Source: Priapulus caudatus (taxonomy: Eukaryota). Taken from it: a DNA stretch of 35,146 nucleotides. The stretch covers positions 106,225 to 141,370 of the forward strand of contig NW_014577080.1 of the NCBI RefSeq assembly GCF_000485595.1. The letters are read 5' to 3'. This document shows, piece by piece, positions 25,768 through 35,146 of the stretch (within the stretch, counting starts at the first letter, position 1; the number at the start of each line of letters is the position of its first letter). The notes under the pieces are model-generated. The model made no database searches. It was not told where the DNA came from and saw only the letters and a list, made by a program, of their open reading frames with translations. The position numbers and the translations under genes were made by a program.

Positions 25768-26718
25768 ATATGCAAAGATGCAATGACTAGAATGTTATTA
25801 GAAAGGAATGTAAGCAAACCCTTGCTTCTACAGCAAGCAAAATAGACGGGCAATCGAACACCCTACGTACGTATTCTTTTCGGTAGATCAACCTTCCTTA
25901 AAAGCCCATGGATGATCTACAAAAAATTCAGCTGTGCAATTTCTTATGATTGATCATATGTGAATAATTTCGTTAGAAGTGCTAATTATTATTATTGGTT
26001 GGCGTTCCCATTCTCGTCTCAAAGAGGTAGTTCCAGCGATTATGTGGAGTAAATGTTTCGAAAGAATCACGCTAGTAGCATGCGCATTAGACGTTTTCCT
26101 GCAAGAAAATAATACTGTACAACAGTTGCAGCGAAATTGCGGGAACGTACACACCCACGCACGCACACACGCAGGAACGCAGGATCGCGCGCACACGCAC
26201 ACACATGCATGAGCGCACACGCAGGCCCGAGCATGCCAATGAGATGTTGACACGAAAATGGTAACTATATTACTTGTGACAATATTAGGCCTACTCTGTC
26301 ATCGTTATTATTGTCACACGGCAATAAATTGTTTGCAGTCGCCCTTTCAGCGTTATTACATAGGTCAAACATTTCCCAACACTAACCTTTGGCAATTTGC
26401 CAAATGAGCACCGCACGGCGCACACGCGCCGTAATCAGTTTTATGTCAGGCGATTTCACAACGAACTTAACTGGCTTGGTATTTAATCGTACTCGCGGCG
26501 GCCGCGGATAACCACACAAACTTTGGAAGCAGATATTAAATTTTTTTTAGATATGCACACGGCTCGACAAATATTTGGAGCGGCAGTGAAACGACAGCAC
26601 TATGCGTCTACGCGCACCAACGTCAAGTGGTTCTCTATGCTCACGTACACACTACCCGGCGCCATAGCGCTGTTTCCATGTTGGCGGTCACGCAGCTGCT
26701 ACGACGGGTAGCACCAGG

Positions 26719-27948
26719 ATGCAGAACGCTAGTCATACAAGCCGCGACAGAGTGAGAGAATACCTCGAGAGGCTGAGCAGGATGAATCTCTCCGCGGAGG
26801 AAGAGAATGCCATCATCGGTGCTACGGGTTTCAGGGACATTCTGGACATTCCTGACCCGCATCTCACGTTTGCGATCGTCATTCCCGTCGTGCTCGTCGT
26901 CGGCACGGTGGGTAATGTGTTGAACCTGATCGTGCTGCGCAGCAAGCGCGTTCGCTTCTCTAACGGCCTGCACATCTTTCTGTCGGCAATGGCCGTCGCC
27001 GACATCGTCGTGCTGTGGAGTCACGCGCCGGCGATCTTTGTCGATCTCTTCTGCGGGAACTTACCTCTTGCTAATATCACCCTCATACGCTTTCTCATGG
27101 CGATGGAGCTCTTCAAACTATCGAGTAGGTTTACTTCGACGTGGATGATGGTCGCCGTTTCCGTGACGAGGTGCTTAGCGTTGACCTATCCGGCACAGGC
27201 TAACCGCCTGGTCACGCATAGGCGTATACGTTGCGTTCTCGTCGCTATCGTCATCGCCGGGATTGCCACCGCCACGCCGGAGGTTGCAGGCACCAGCTTC
27301 ACGGTTCGAAAGATGTACGGAAAAATCGACGTGGTGGTTGTCGCTTCTACGAGTTTCGGAAGGAGCTACTACGCGGCCGTGATACACCCGATAATGACGT
27401 CGGTGTTTGTGTTCGTGATACCTTTCGTCTTCTTATTACTCACCAACACTTCGATGGTTATTAGTGTCTGGAAAGCGTCGCGGCGTCGAAGGGTTTTAGC
27501 GTGCACGCACACGAAAACGAGCAAGAACGAGACGAAAGTGACGATTCTGTTGTTGACGATCACCGTCTCGTTTTTTCTGCTCGAGCTTCCCGGATGTGTG
27601 TTCGAGATGTTCCACGCCGTTCACGGAACAAACGGGCGGATGTTCTTGAAGGCCGACATGACGATCATAGACATGCTCGACTGGGACGCTTTTCAGGACT
27701 ATGCGCACGTCAAGTACGTCATTGATTGTTTCTACATCATAGCCGTGTCGATAAATTTCATTTTATTCTGTTTGGTCAGCACCAGGTTTCGCAGGGTATT
27801 TAAGGAAATGTTCTTCGGACGATGGTTGGATATCAGCGAATCGTCAGTAAATAGAAATGTCGCGAAGAAAAGCGAAGATGACGCCATCTGCAGTAGCCGC
27901 AGCGATGCCTATCGTGAAACCTCTCGAACAATAACTGTGAGGCTATAG
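26719..27948 (+). CDS. Intronless class A GPCR, FMRFamide/sex-peptide/myosuppressin receptor-like (orphan), 409 aa
   Basis: Seven hydrophobic segments. TM1 GTVGNVLNLIVL, TM2 SAMAVAD, TM3 STWMMVAVSVTRC..YP, TM5 FVIPFVFLLLTN, TM6 FFLLELP, TM7 SINFILFC followed by FRRVF helix 8. N-terminal NLS glycosylation sequon. The start could also be the second Met (MNLS). Confidence 0.9.
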   Translation: MQNASHTSRDRVREYLERLSRMNLSAEEENAIIGATGFRDILDIPDPHLTFAIVIPVVLVVGTVGNVLNLIVLRSKRVRFSNGLHIFLSAMAVADIVVLWSHAPAIFVDLFCGNLPLANITLIRFLMAMELFKLSSRFTSTWMMVAVSVTRCLALTYPAQANRLVTHRRIRCVLVAIVIAGIATATPEVAGTSFTVRKMYGKIDVVVVASTSFGRSYYAAVIHPIMTSVFVFVIPFVFLLLTNTSMVISVWKASRRRRVLACTHTKTSKNETKVTILLLTITVSFFLLELPGCVFEMFHAVHGTNGRMFLKADMTIIDMLDWDAFQDYAHVKYVIDCFYIIAVSINFILFCLVSTRFRRVFKEMFFGRWLDISESSVNRNVAKKSEDDAICSSRSDAYRETSRTITVRL

Positions 27949-27989
27949 CTTGCATCCATTTATGAACAGCTTAGTTTGTGCTAACTGCG

Positions 27990-28027
<38 letters not shown>

Positions 28028-28095
28028 TTATTTATTTATGTATAAGTATTAAGTATAAGTATAAGATTAATAATAATCTATGGAGTATTTACTGC

Positions 28096-28101
28096 AATAA
28101 A
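28096..28101 (+). promoter_or_regulatory. Candidate polyadenylation signal for the GPCR
   Basis: First AATAAA after the stop, ~150 nt downstream; the region is AT-rich so chance occurrence is possible. Confidence 0.35.
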
Positions 28102-29349
28102 CAATTAAGCTAAAAGATACTTTGTTGGAAGTTCAGAACTAAATGAAATTCTAAACATCATATAAATCTGTAATGCTAATATGGATGCTTAAATCTACTG
28201 TCTATTAATGCATTTTTGAGAAAAATTGCAAACAAACAATACTGTGTATTTCCTTTAAATAAAAACTGATGTTAATGATAATTAAATCCAGCAGATTATG
28301 CAGAATTTAAATCATGTTGATGTTTTAGTGAAATGTATAAGTACAATGGCATACTGTTCATTGATGAACGCGGAAACTAACACGTTAGACTTTTAAATAT
28401 CCATAAACAACTTTTATTATTGTCTGGACTCAGCTTTACAATATTAACGTTTCGTGATCATTAAAAAGGAAATATTACGAAATGGCGCGTAGCACGGATT
28501 ACGTATAAAATCCCCTACCTCACATAGAACACGACATGCGACTCCCCCATACATAATTGTGATCAAATTTCAGATGACCAGCTTTTAATTTATAAAATGG
28601 CATTTCATACCACAATCACATCTACATTTACGATATCGTGAATTTACGTATACGTGTAATGGGAAAACACCAATTTGGAAAACTACCGTTTGTGGTATCA
28701 GGTGTAAGCTGTAGATACCCATGGACATTATGCGATGACTTGTACACTTCGACCTGCACCGTTACCCTATTCACTCGGCATATATTTAATTTGCGTATAT
28801 TGGACGTGTATGCTCTAAACATATCAAATATATCAACTATTTTTAATTATATTAAACGACTAAATAAACAGACTAGTCATTTCCCAAGGATATTTGTTCA
28901 CACAATTAGGGTTTCTAGAAAATTATCAGTTATTTTGCTAATAATGATCGACGATCGGGTCTAATGAGGCACTGCTGCCAACAGTAAACTAGCGAGTATG
29001 TGTTGATTGGCGATGCAGGGGGAAGCTCAATGTGCATAAAGTGAACGTTGCTGTTAGCAACACTGTGATTTACCATACATTCGCTTACCTACTCCCTCGG
29101 TTTTAACGACTCCAGCTACGCACAGTCTACGCAGGTAGGGCCAGTAAATAGATTCGGGAGAGGGAAGTCAGTAATGGGAAAATGGAAATAAACGACATAG
29201 ATTCACATTCATCACGCACACGCCGTACGTTACCCGTACTACCTACGTTGCCAGAAACAAAACTACTCTTAACATTAGTCTTAATTTTATGATAATACTG
29301 ACAACCTGGCCTTCCTTATCTCCTCTCCCCTAACCCCTTTATTTTATAC

Positions 29350-29379
29350 CTCTCTCGCGCTATCTCTCTCTCTCGCGCG

Positions 29380-29419
<40 letters not shown>

Positions 29420-29436
29420 CGCCCTCTCCGTCTCTC
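29350..29436. repeat. (CT)n microsatellite
   Basis: Directly visible. Confidence 0.9.
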
Positions 29437-30161
29437 GGCGTGTCTCCCCATTTGCACGTAATCAACTGCATGGATCTAGTTTAAAAACGAGTCTACACTA
29501 TTTTGTCATCGAACGATTTTGCCGTGAATGAAACCTTTAGAAGGCGCGATTAAACTATAATGACTTGCGCATGCATGCAGCGACGACACCCCGCTTGCAG
29601 ACATGTATTACGCATACGCAGCACACGCGAGATTCATATAACCTCGCTAGCAGTGACGCACATAGACAGCAAGGAACAAGCAGCAGTAATGGCTTCTTAC
29701 GTATATACGGTTTCACGACGTACAATGGCCGTCGTTACGACGTGCTGAAATTTGCTTTCAACCAAATTTGATACGGAACGACTCGTCTGCACCGAGAAAA
29801 CCCATGCGGTGCGAGTAACCACGGAGCTAAAATTACGGGTTTCCGGTATATCCGACGAAATGAGGATGGCCTTTCATTATAAACTCACTGAACAAGGTCA
29901 GTGGCTGCATGCAGGTTACCGCGCCATTTGTGTCCGTGTCTTCCCAATAGCCACAGAGAATTCAGAGCTACTATAGCAGCACATAAAACGCCCACAAGAA
30001 CAACACGTATATAGCTAACACTAACACCACACATTTGTCGATTCTAAACGTTATTTACATCCTCTTTAAGAAATATAACGAGTCGTCGTGCGTTTACTCG
30101 TGCATGCGGCTGATCGCCGCACAGCCACGTCCGTCACCCGCTCGACGCGAAAACTGGACAA

Positions 30162-30305
30162 ACACACACACACGCACGCACGCGCACGCACGCACACACA
30201 CACGCACGCACGCGACCGCCACACACATTACACCACCGCGCGGCACAACACACACACACGACACACACACACACACATACGCCCCCACACCTACACAAAC
30301 ACGCA
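30162..30305. repeat. (CA/CGCA)n microsatellite just downstream of the CUB/LDLa gene stop (probable 3' UTR)
   Basis: Directly visible; begins ~25 nt after the TGA on the minus strand. Confidence 0.85.
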
Positions 30306-30329
30306 TATCAAAAGTCTGGCGGCCGTGCG

Positions 30330-30529
30330 TCAAACTTGCGTCGGCGACGGTATCGGCTTGAAAGTGTTCATGAAGTTGAAGTGACACTCGGCGCCCTGCT
30401 TCTCTTTCTCTCCGCGATGCAGGAACGTCTCCTCGGCCGGAGAGCTACGGCTCGAGCGATGCATGCGGATCGAGCCGCGCCGCGGACTGTGGTGCATCGC
30501 GAGTTCCCGTATGTCGTACCCGGATGGAA
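30330..30529 (-). CDS. CUB/LDLa/TM protein, final exon 3' part, ending PTQV*
   Basis: 30530-30741 is a noisy duplicate of 30888-31094. Joining 31094-30888 to 30529-30330 gives 407 nt (2 + 135 codons), open to TGA at 30330-30332: IPSGYDIRELAMHHSPRRGS...FKPIPSPTQV*. Confidence 0.75.
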
Positions 30530-30887
30530 TCGGCGATGGCAGCGATAGGTTGGAGCGGTTCATGCGCGACGTGCGCATCATGTTTGGAGAGTGGTCGAGC
30601 TGGCGCAGCTGAATGTTCGGATCCTCGAGAGCGACGCTTCGGGAGACTTGCGACGCCAGAGATGACGATGGCGATGATGAGGGCGAGCATGAGTAGCGAG
30701 CCGGCGACGCAGAATGCGATCCATGCCGCGGCCGAAGTAGCCTGCAGCGTGAGGAACGTGTGCTGAACCAACGGTGATTTAAAACAGCGCAGGTATACAG
30801 GGAGTTCCCGGGGGAGTATCTGCAGCGGGAAGGAACGTGTGATGACAACGGTGATTTAGAGAGCGCAGTAATCACAGNNNNNNNNNN

Positions 30888-31094
30888 TCGGCGATGGCAG
30901 CGATAGGTTGGAGCGGTTCATGCGCGACGTGCGCATCATGTTTGGAGAGTGGTCGAGCTGGCGCAGCTGAATGTTCGGATCCTCGAGGAGCGACCGCTTC
31001 GGAGACTTGCGACGCCAGATGACGATGGCGATGATGAGGGCGAGCATGAGTAGCGAGCCGGCGACGCAGATGCCGATCATGAGCGGGAAGTAGC
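30888..31094 (-). CDS. CUB/LDLa/TM protein, final exon 5' part (TM helix and start of tail), cut by a 10-N gap
   Basis: Acceptor atgcag|GC completes TGC (Cys), then YFPLMIGICVAGSLLMLALIIAIVIWRRKSPKRSLLEDPNIQLRQLDHSPNMMRTSRMNRSNLSLPSP: a hydrophobic helix followed by a basic stop-transfer motif. Confidence 0.88.
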
Positions 31095-32110
31095 CTGCAT
31101 CGGAAGGAACGTGTGATGAACAACGGTGAGTTAGAGAGCGCAGGTATACAATGAAGTTCCCGGGGAAGTAGCCTGCAGCGGGAGGAACGTGTGAGAACAA
31201 CGGTGAGTTAGAGAGCGCAGGTATACAATGAAGTTCCCGGGGAAGTAGCCTGCAGCGGGAGGAACGTGTGAGAACAACGGTGAGTTAGAGAGCGCAGGTA
31301 TACAGTGGAGTTCCCGGGGAAGTAGCCTGCAGCGGGAGGAACGTGTGATGAACAACGGTGAGTTAGAGAGCGCAGGTATACAATGGAGTTCCCGGGGAAG
31401 TAGCCTGCAGCGGGAGGAACGTGTGATGAACAACAGTGAGTTAGAGAGCGCAGGTACACAGGGGAGTTCCCGGGGAAGGAGCCTGCAGCGGGAGGAACGT
31501 GTGATGAACAACGGTGATTTAGACAGCGCATGTACACAGGGGTGTTCCCAGGGAAGTAGCCTGCATCGGGAGGAACGTGTGATGAACAACGGTGAGTTAG
31601 AGAGCGCAAGTATACAGGGGAGTTTCCGAGGAAGTAGTCTGCAGCGGGAGGAACGTGTGATGTACAACGGTGATATAGAAAGCGCAGGTATACAATAGAG
31701 TTCCCGGGGCAGTAGCCTGCAGCGGGAGGAACGTGTGATGAACAACGGTGATTTAAACAGCGCAGGTATACAGGGGAGTTCCCGGGGAAGTAGTCTGCAG
31801 CGGAAGGAACGTGTGATAAACAACGGTGAGTTAGAGAGCGCATGTACACAGGGGAGTTCCCGGGGCAGTAGCCTGCATCGGGAGGAACGTGTGATGAACA
31901 ACGGTGAGTTAGAGAGCGCAGGTATACAGGAGAGTTCCCGGGGCAGTAGCCTGCAGCGAAAGGAACGTGTGATGAACAACGGTGATTTAGAGAGCGCAGG
32001 TATACAGGGGAGTTCCCGGGGAAGTAGCCTGCAGCGGGAGGAACGTATGCATGGCATATATAGATTAACAACGGTGAGTTTACAGCGCAAAGGTATACAG
32101 GGAGTTCCCG
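31090..32110 (-). repeat. 78-bp minisatellite (~13 units) built from the intron 3' end/exon start of the TM exon
   Basis: Unit on minus: gctacttccccgggaactcccctgtatacctgcgctctctaactcaccgttgttcatcacacgttcctcccgctgcag. CAG positions (plus CTG) at 31095, 31173, 31250, 31327, 31405, 31483, 31561, 31639, 31717, 31795, 31873, 31951, 32029. Confidence 0.97.
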
Positions 32111-32120
32111 AGTCCAGATT

Positions 32121-32330
32121 CATCTAATCATAACTATAGTTTAATTATTAGTTCAACGTCATCTAATTACAACAATAGTTTAATTATTAGTTCAACGTCA
32201 TCTAATTATAAATATAGTTTAATTATCAGCTCAACGTCATCTAATTATAACTATTGTTTAATTATCAGCTCAACGTCTAATTATAACTATAGTTTAATTA
32301 TTAGTTCAACGTCATCTAACATAATTATAG
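32121..32330. repeat. 39-bp AT-rich minisatellite, ~5.5 units
   Basis: Unit catctaattataactatagtttaattattagttcaacgt repeated in tandem. Confidence 0.95.
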
Positions 32331-32618
32331 TGTACCAGCGCGCATATTCGGAATTGTACTACAGATATGAAATTGAACCAGGTGCCTTACTATAGGCACA
32401 GCGGTGGTAGTCCACTGGGTTAGCCACTTGGGCTTGGGCTGAAGTAGTTAGCCGTGTCAGCCCTGAACGGCTAGGTTGAACTAGATAGTGATCTCGTGCA
32501 TTTAAAACTGTATGCATAAATCGAAATTTATATCAATAACTACGTGCAGATATCAAGACTCACTGCAGCCAGCGCTTGCAGTAGCTATATCTGAATCGAA
32601 AGATAAGGATTTTCTTAC

Positions 32619-32774
32619 ATGAGGCTTCGTCGCTTACGTCTGCTTCCCCACAGTTTGGCACTCCGTCGCAGACAAGTGACGGATCAATGCAATACCGTGT
32701 GCGCACTGAGCAGATCTTCCCGTCTTTGCCGATGCAAGTTTCCCCGCCCTCGCAGTAAAATAGTGGACATTCGG
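32619..32774 (-). CDS. CUB/LDLa/TM protein, LDL-receptor class A exon
   Basis: Acceptor ctcttgacag|, then (A)ECPLFYCEGGETCIGKDGKICSVRTRYCIDPSLVCDGVPNCGEADVSDEAS+T, donor |gtaag. CI...VCDG..NC....SDE..C is the LDLa signature; the last Cys codon is split T|GC by the intron. Confidence 0.9.
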
Positions 32775-33671
32775 CTGTCAAGAGATGACGGGTACAAAAT
32801 GTTACTTTAATATTTGTTATGAGGAGAATTATTTTGCAGCTGCACTCAGACGACGCCTGCGCGTTATACTGCACTACCCGCATATATACCTGCGCATGCC
32901 CACACATACCTAGTCATAACTACACATACCTACTCATACCCGCTCACACCCCACATACCCCACTGTCTAATTTTTGTGGTAATGCGATACACTATAGTGT
33001 GATATTCGGCGAAGTAAATGCAAGCCGGATGGCTTATAGACGGTTTTTTGTGCAATCTCCTTAATGATGTTGCCACGATGAAAGCCCATGATATGAGAAA
33101 TATTATCTAGCCAATTTGCATAAAATACGCATTATGTCGCTGGCAGAATTTCCGTGTGGCGGTTATGCTTTTAACTTATAGTCATTTACCATGAATAAAT
33201 TGTATGTTGCGTATAAAATAAAACGTTCTATACGTTATTGTGGTTCATCCTTATGGCATGCTTCTGCTACCTACAGACGCCATCAATAGCTCCCATACTC
33301 CCTAGGCTACTCCCTACGCGCTCACACACAAGTCTTCACTTCCTCTTCCCTGCCCCGCCATAGACAGTAGTTCTAGTGCCTTAAGCACTGCATACACACC
33401 ACTTCCCCCCATACACCTCACCTATCGATTGCGTAATATTATATTATCAAGAATATCCTATTTACGTGGATAGAAATGGTTTTACTACACTCGCTAGAAA
33501 GTGGCGCCACCTTCTCTTGGCTGCAGTGCATTCCATAAATCACGAGCACAACATTTAGTAGGCAATTTATGAAATGTATTAAATATTGAAAACACTTTCG
33601 CGTGGATTAATGAGACTAGTGATGGGATGCTTTGAATAATGAAATAAATTCATTTTCGCAAATTTATTCAC

Positions 33672-33742
33672 CGTTTTTCGAGACTTCTGTCCATACTACT
33701 CTGAATCCCTTGTTACCAAGTGCCGATGGCGATGTTTGAAAT
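33672..33742 (-). CDS. CUB/LDLa/TM protein, exon ending the CUB domain
   Basis: Acceptor cttttacag|, then (K)FQTSPSALGNKGFRVVWTEVSKN+G, donor |gtgaat. GFRVVW is the CUB C-terminal strand motif. Phases 2 and 1 match the neighbouring exons. Too short for the ORF track. Confidence 0.85.
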
Positions 33743-34415
33743 CTGTAAAAGTCACATGCAATCTTTATTTTCATAAATGCTGTAGCGGAATTATTACACA
33801 GATAAAATCGTTTTAGCGCACCTTTTCACGTTTACATGCTATATGTAGCAAAATACAATTCAAGACAGTTCTATGCCAAACAAACTAAGTCTACGTGCAT
33901 AGATGTATGACAGCGTAGTAAATTTTGACGTCAGTTTTAGTTTTACAGGTAATAAGTTAAATTTACAGAGACCGTTTATATCAGACCGTTTATATTTTAC
34001 CGTTTACAGAGACGTTATATCATTGCATGTAAGATGTTAAACACACGGCAGTATTCATCACTACCTAATTATAATGAGAAGGGTTTGTTTTTACCTATTC
34101 AGCTCTTATAAACGGACATAAATATATATAAATAAATAAATAAATAAATAACCTACTCTTAGATTAATACGATGATTGGTATAGATTGGAACTAAATAAA
34201 CCATCTTCCCACCGGAATGCTTATGATACTTATGTATAATGCAAGTCAAATAATCGTCCATCTGCTCAGCATCCAGGGCAGAACAAATTTTATTACTGCG
34301 AAACGTATTAGAATAATTGCCACTAGTAGCGCCAGACAGCGGTAGATTACCAACGTTTATGCATGCATGCGCACTCTTTATCACGATTGCGTGAAATAAG
34401 AACTGTATACAGTAC

Positions 34416-34566
34416 TTGATGAGAACGCGATTGCGCTCCGATTCAATAGTCTTCTCAGCATCTGTAGAGTAATATTGCAGGTCCCCGCAGTACGCTTTCT
34501 TGTGCTCGTCGATGTTTCCCCTGTTAACGTAGCCGTCTATCACGGCTAGCTCTGCTTTGTTGCATT
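34416..34566 (-). CDS. CUB/LDLa/TM protein, CUB-domain exon
   Basis: Acceptor ttgcag|, then (x)CNKAELAVIDGYVNRGNIDEHKKAYCGDLQYYSTDAEKTIESERNRVLI+AA, donor |gtactg (phase 2). C..L.V.DG..YCG...S..N.V.I.F pattern is typical of CUB domains. Confidence 0.85.
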
Positions 34567-34719
34567 CTGCAACGTAATGAGCAACGCGTTATCCTAGACG
34601 ATATCAAAAGCACACATATAAACCATATGAGCTCGTACACTAACTGTAGCATAGCTCTATCTAAAGGTGCATGTACTCGACTGTTGACATTATCAAGAGC
34701 GTATTAAGAAGGGGGACCT

Positions 34720-34850
34720 ATCTTATTTTATTTTACTATTCGTATTACGTTTATTACTATTCTATTTACTATTATTATACTATATTATTTATATTATTAT
34801 TATTATTATTATTATTTATATTATTTTATATTATTATTATTATTATTATG
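34720..34850. repeat. (TAT)n microsatellite
   Basis: Directly visible. Confidence 0.9.
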
Positions 34851-35146
34851 TTACCATTCGATATACGTTTAGGTGTTTGTACCGTATGCATGCTGTACAC
34901 TGCGATAGGAAGTAGCGTCATAATTTGTAATAAAGAATTTGTATGCGAATTAGGGCGCTGATGGATATTGGGGGGAACAGGAGGAGGGCATTATAGTGTG
35001 TGCGTAAGTGAATTATGTATGTAATTGTGCGTTATATTATTATAAATTATTTTGGGACGTCAGGTATAGGCCTCTAGGCAGAACTGTTAAAGGTGAAATA
35101 TAATGCAGCAATATTAAATTAAACAGCGACCAACCTATAACATCTC

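Noticed and set aside
26641..27725. Overlapping antisense and alternate-frame ORFs within the GPCR
   Set aside because: Expected shadows of a GC-rich coding region, with no recognisable domains.
31090..32110. CRISPR-like array
   Set aside because: Units are contiguous near-identical repeats with no unique spacers, inside a eukaryotic intron, with no cas genes.
31345..32127. Plus-strand repetitive ORFs (MMNNGELESAG...) as an independent gene
   Set aside because: They follow from a 78-bp (multiple of 3) repeat, are interrupted by stops, and have no supporting gene structure.

Overview
Invertebrate animal genomic DNA from a gapped draft assembly that appears to contain error-prone long-read patches. 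Three genes are supported. (1) The last two coding exons of a synaptotagmin-4/11-type gene (+; C2B domain; 1234-1357 and 4703-5007). (2) An intronless rhodopsin-class GPCR of the FMRFamide/sex-peptide/myosuppressin-receptor-like group (+; 26719-27948), plus an indel-riddled upstream copy. (3) The last four coding exons of a minus-strand type I membrane protein (CUB - LDLa - TM - cytoplasmic tail ending -TQV), with splice phases consistent across all three introns. Much of the space between is a ~540-bp satellite (~14-15 monomers visible), interrupted by a probable ~2-kb non-autonomous Helitron. There is also a MITE carrying (CCCTAA)n, and many microsatellites. Two observations stand out. First, a 78-bp minisatellite whose unit is the 3' splice site plus the first bases of the TM exon gives 13 tandem candidate acceptors. 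Second, a family of 42-50-bp CAGGAG...CTCCTG palindromes, each flanked by a 7-bp target-site duplication and one nested in another, resembles P-superfamily transposon excision footprints or minimal MITEs. Several noisy duplicated blocks next to gaps are most likely assembly artefacts. All calls are from reading the sequence; no searches were run.
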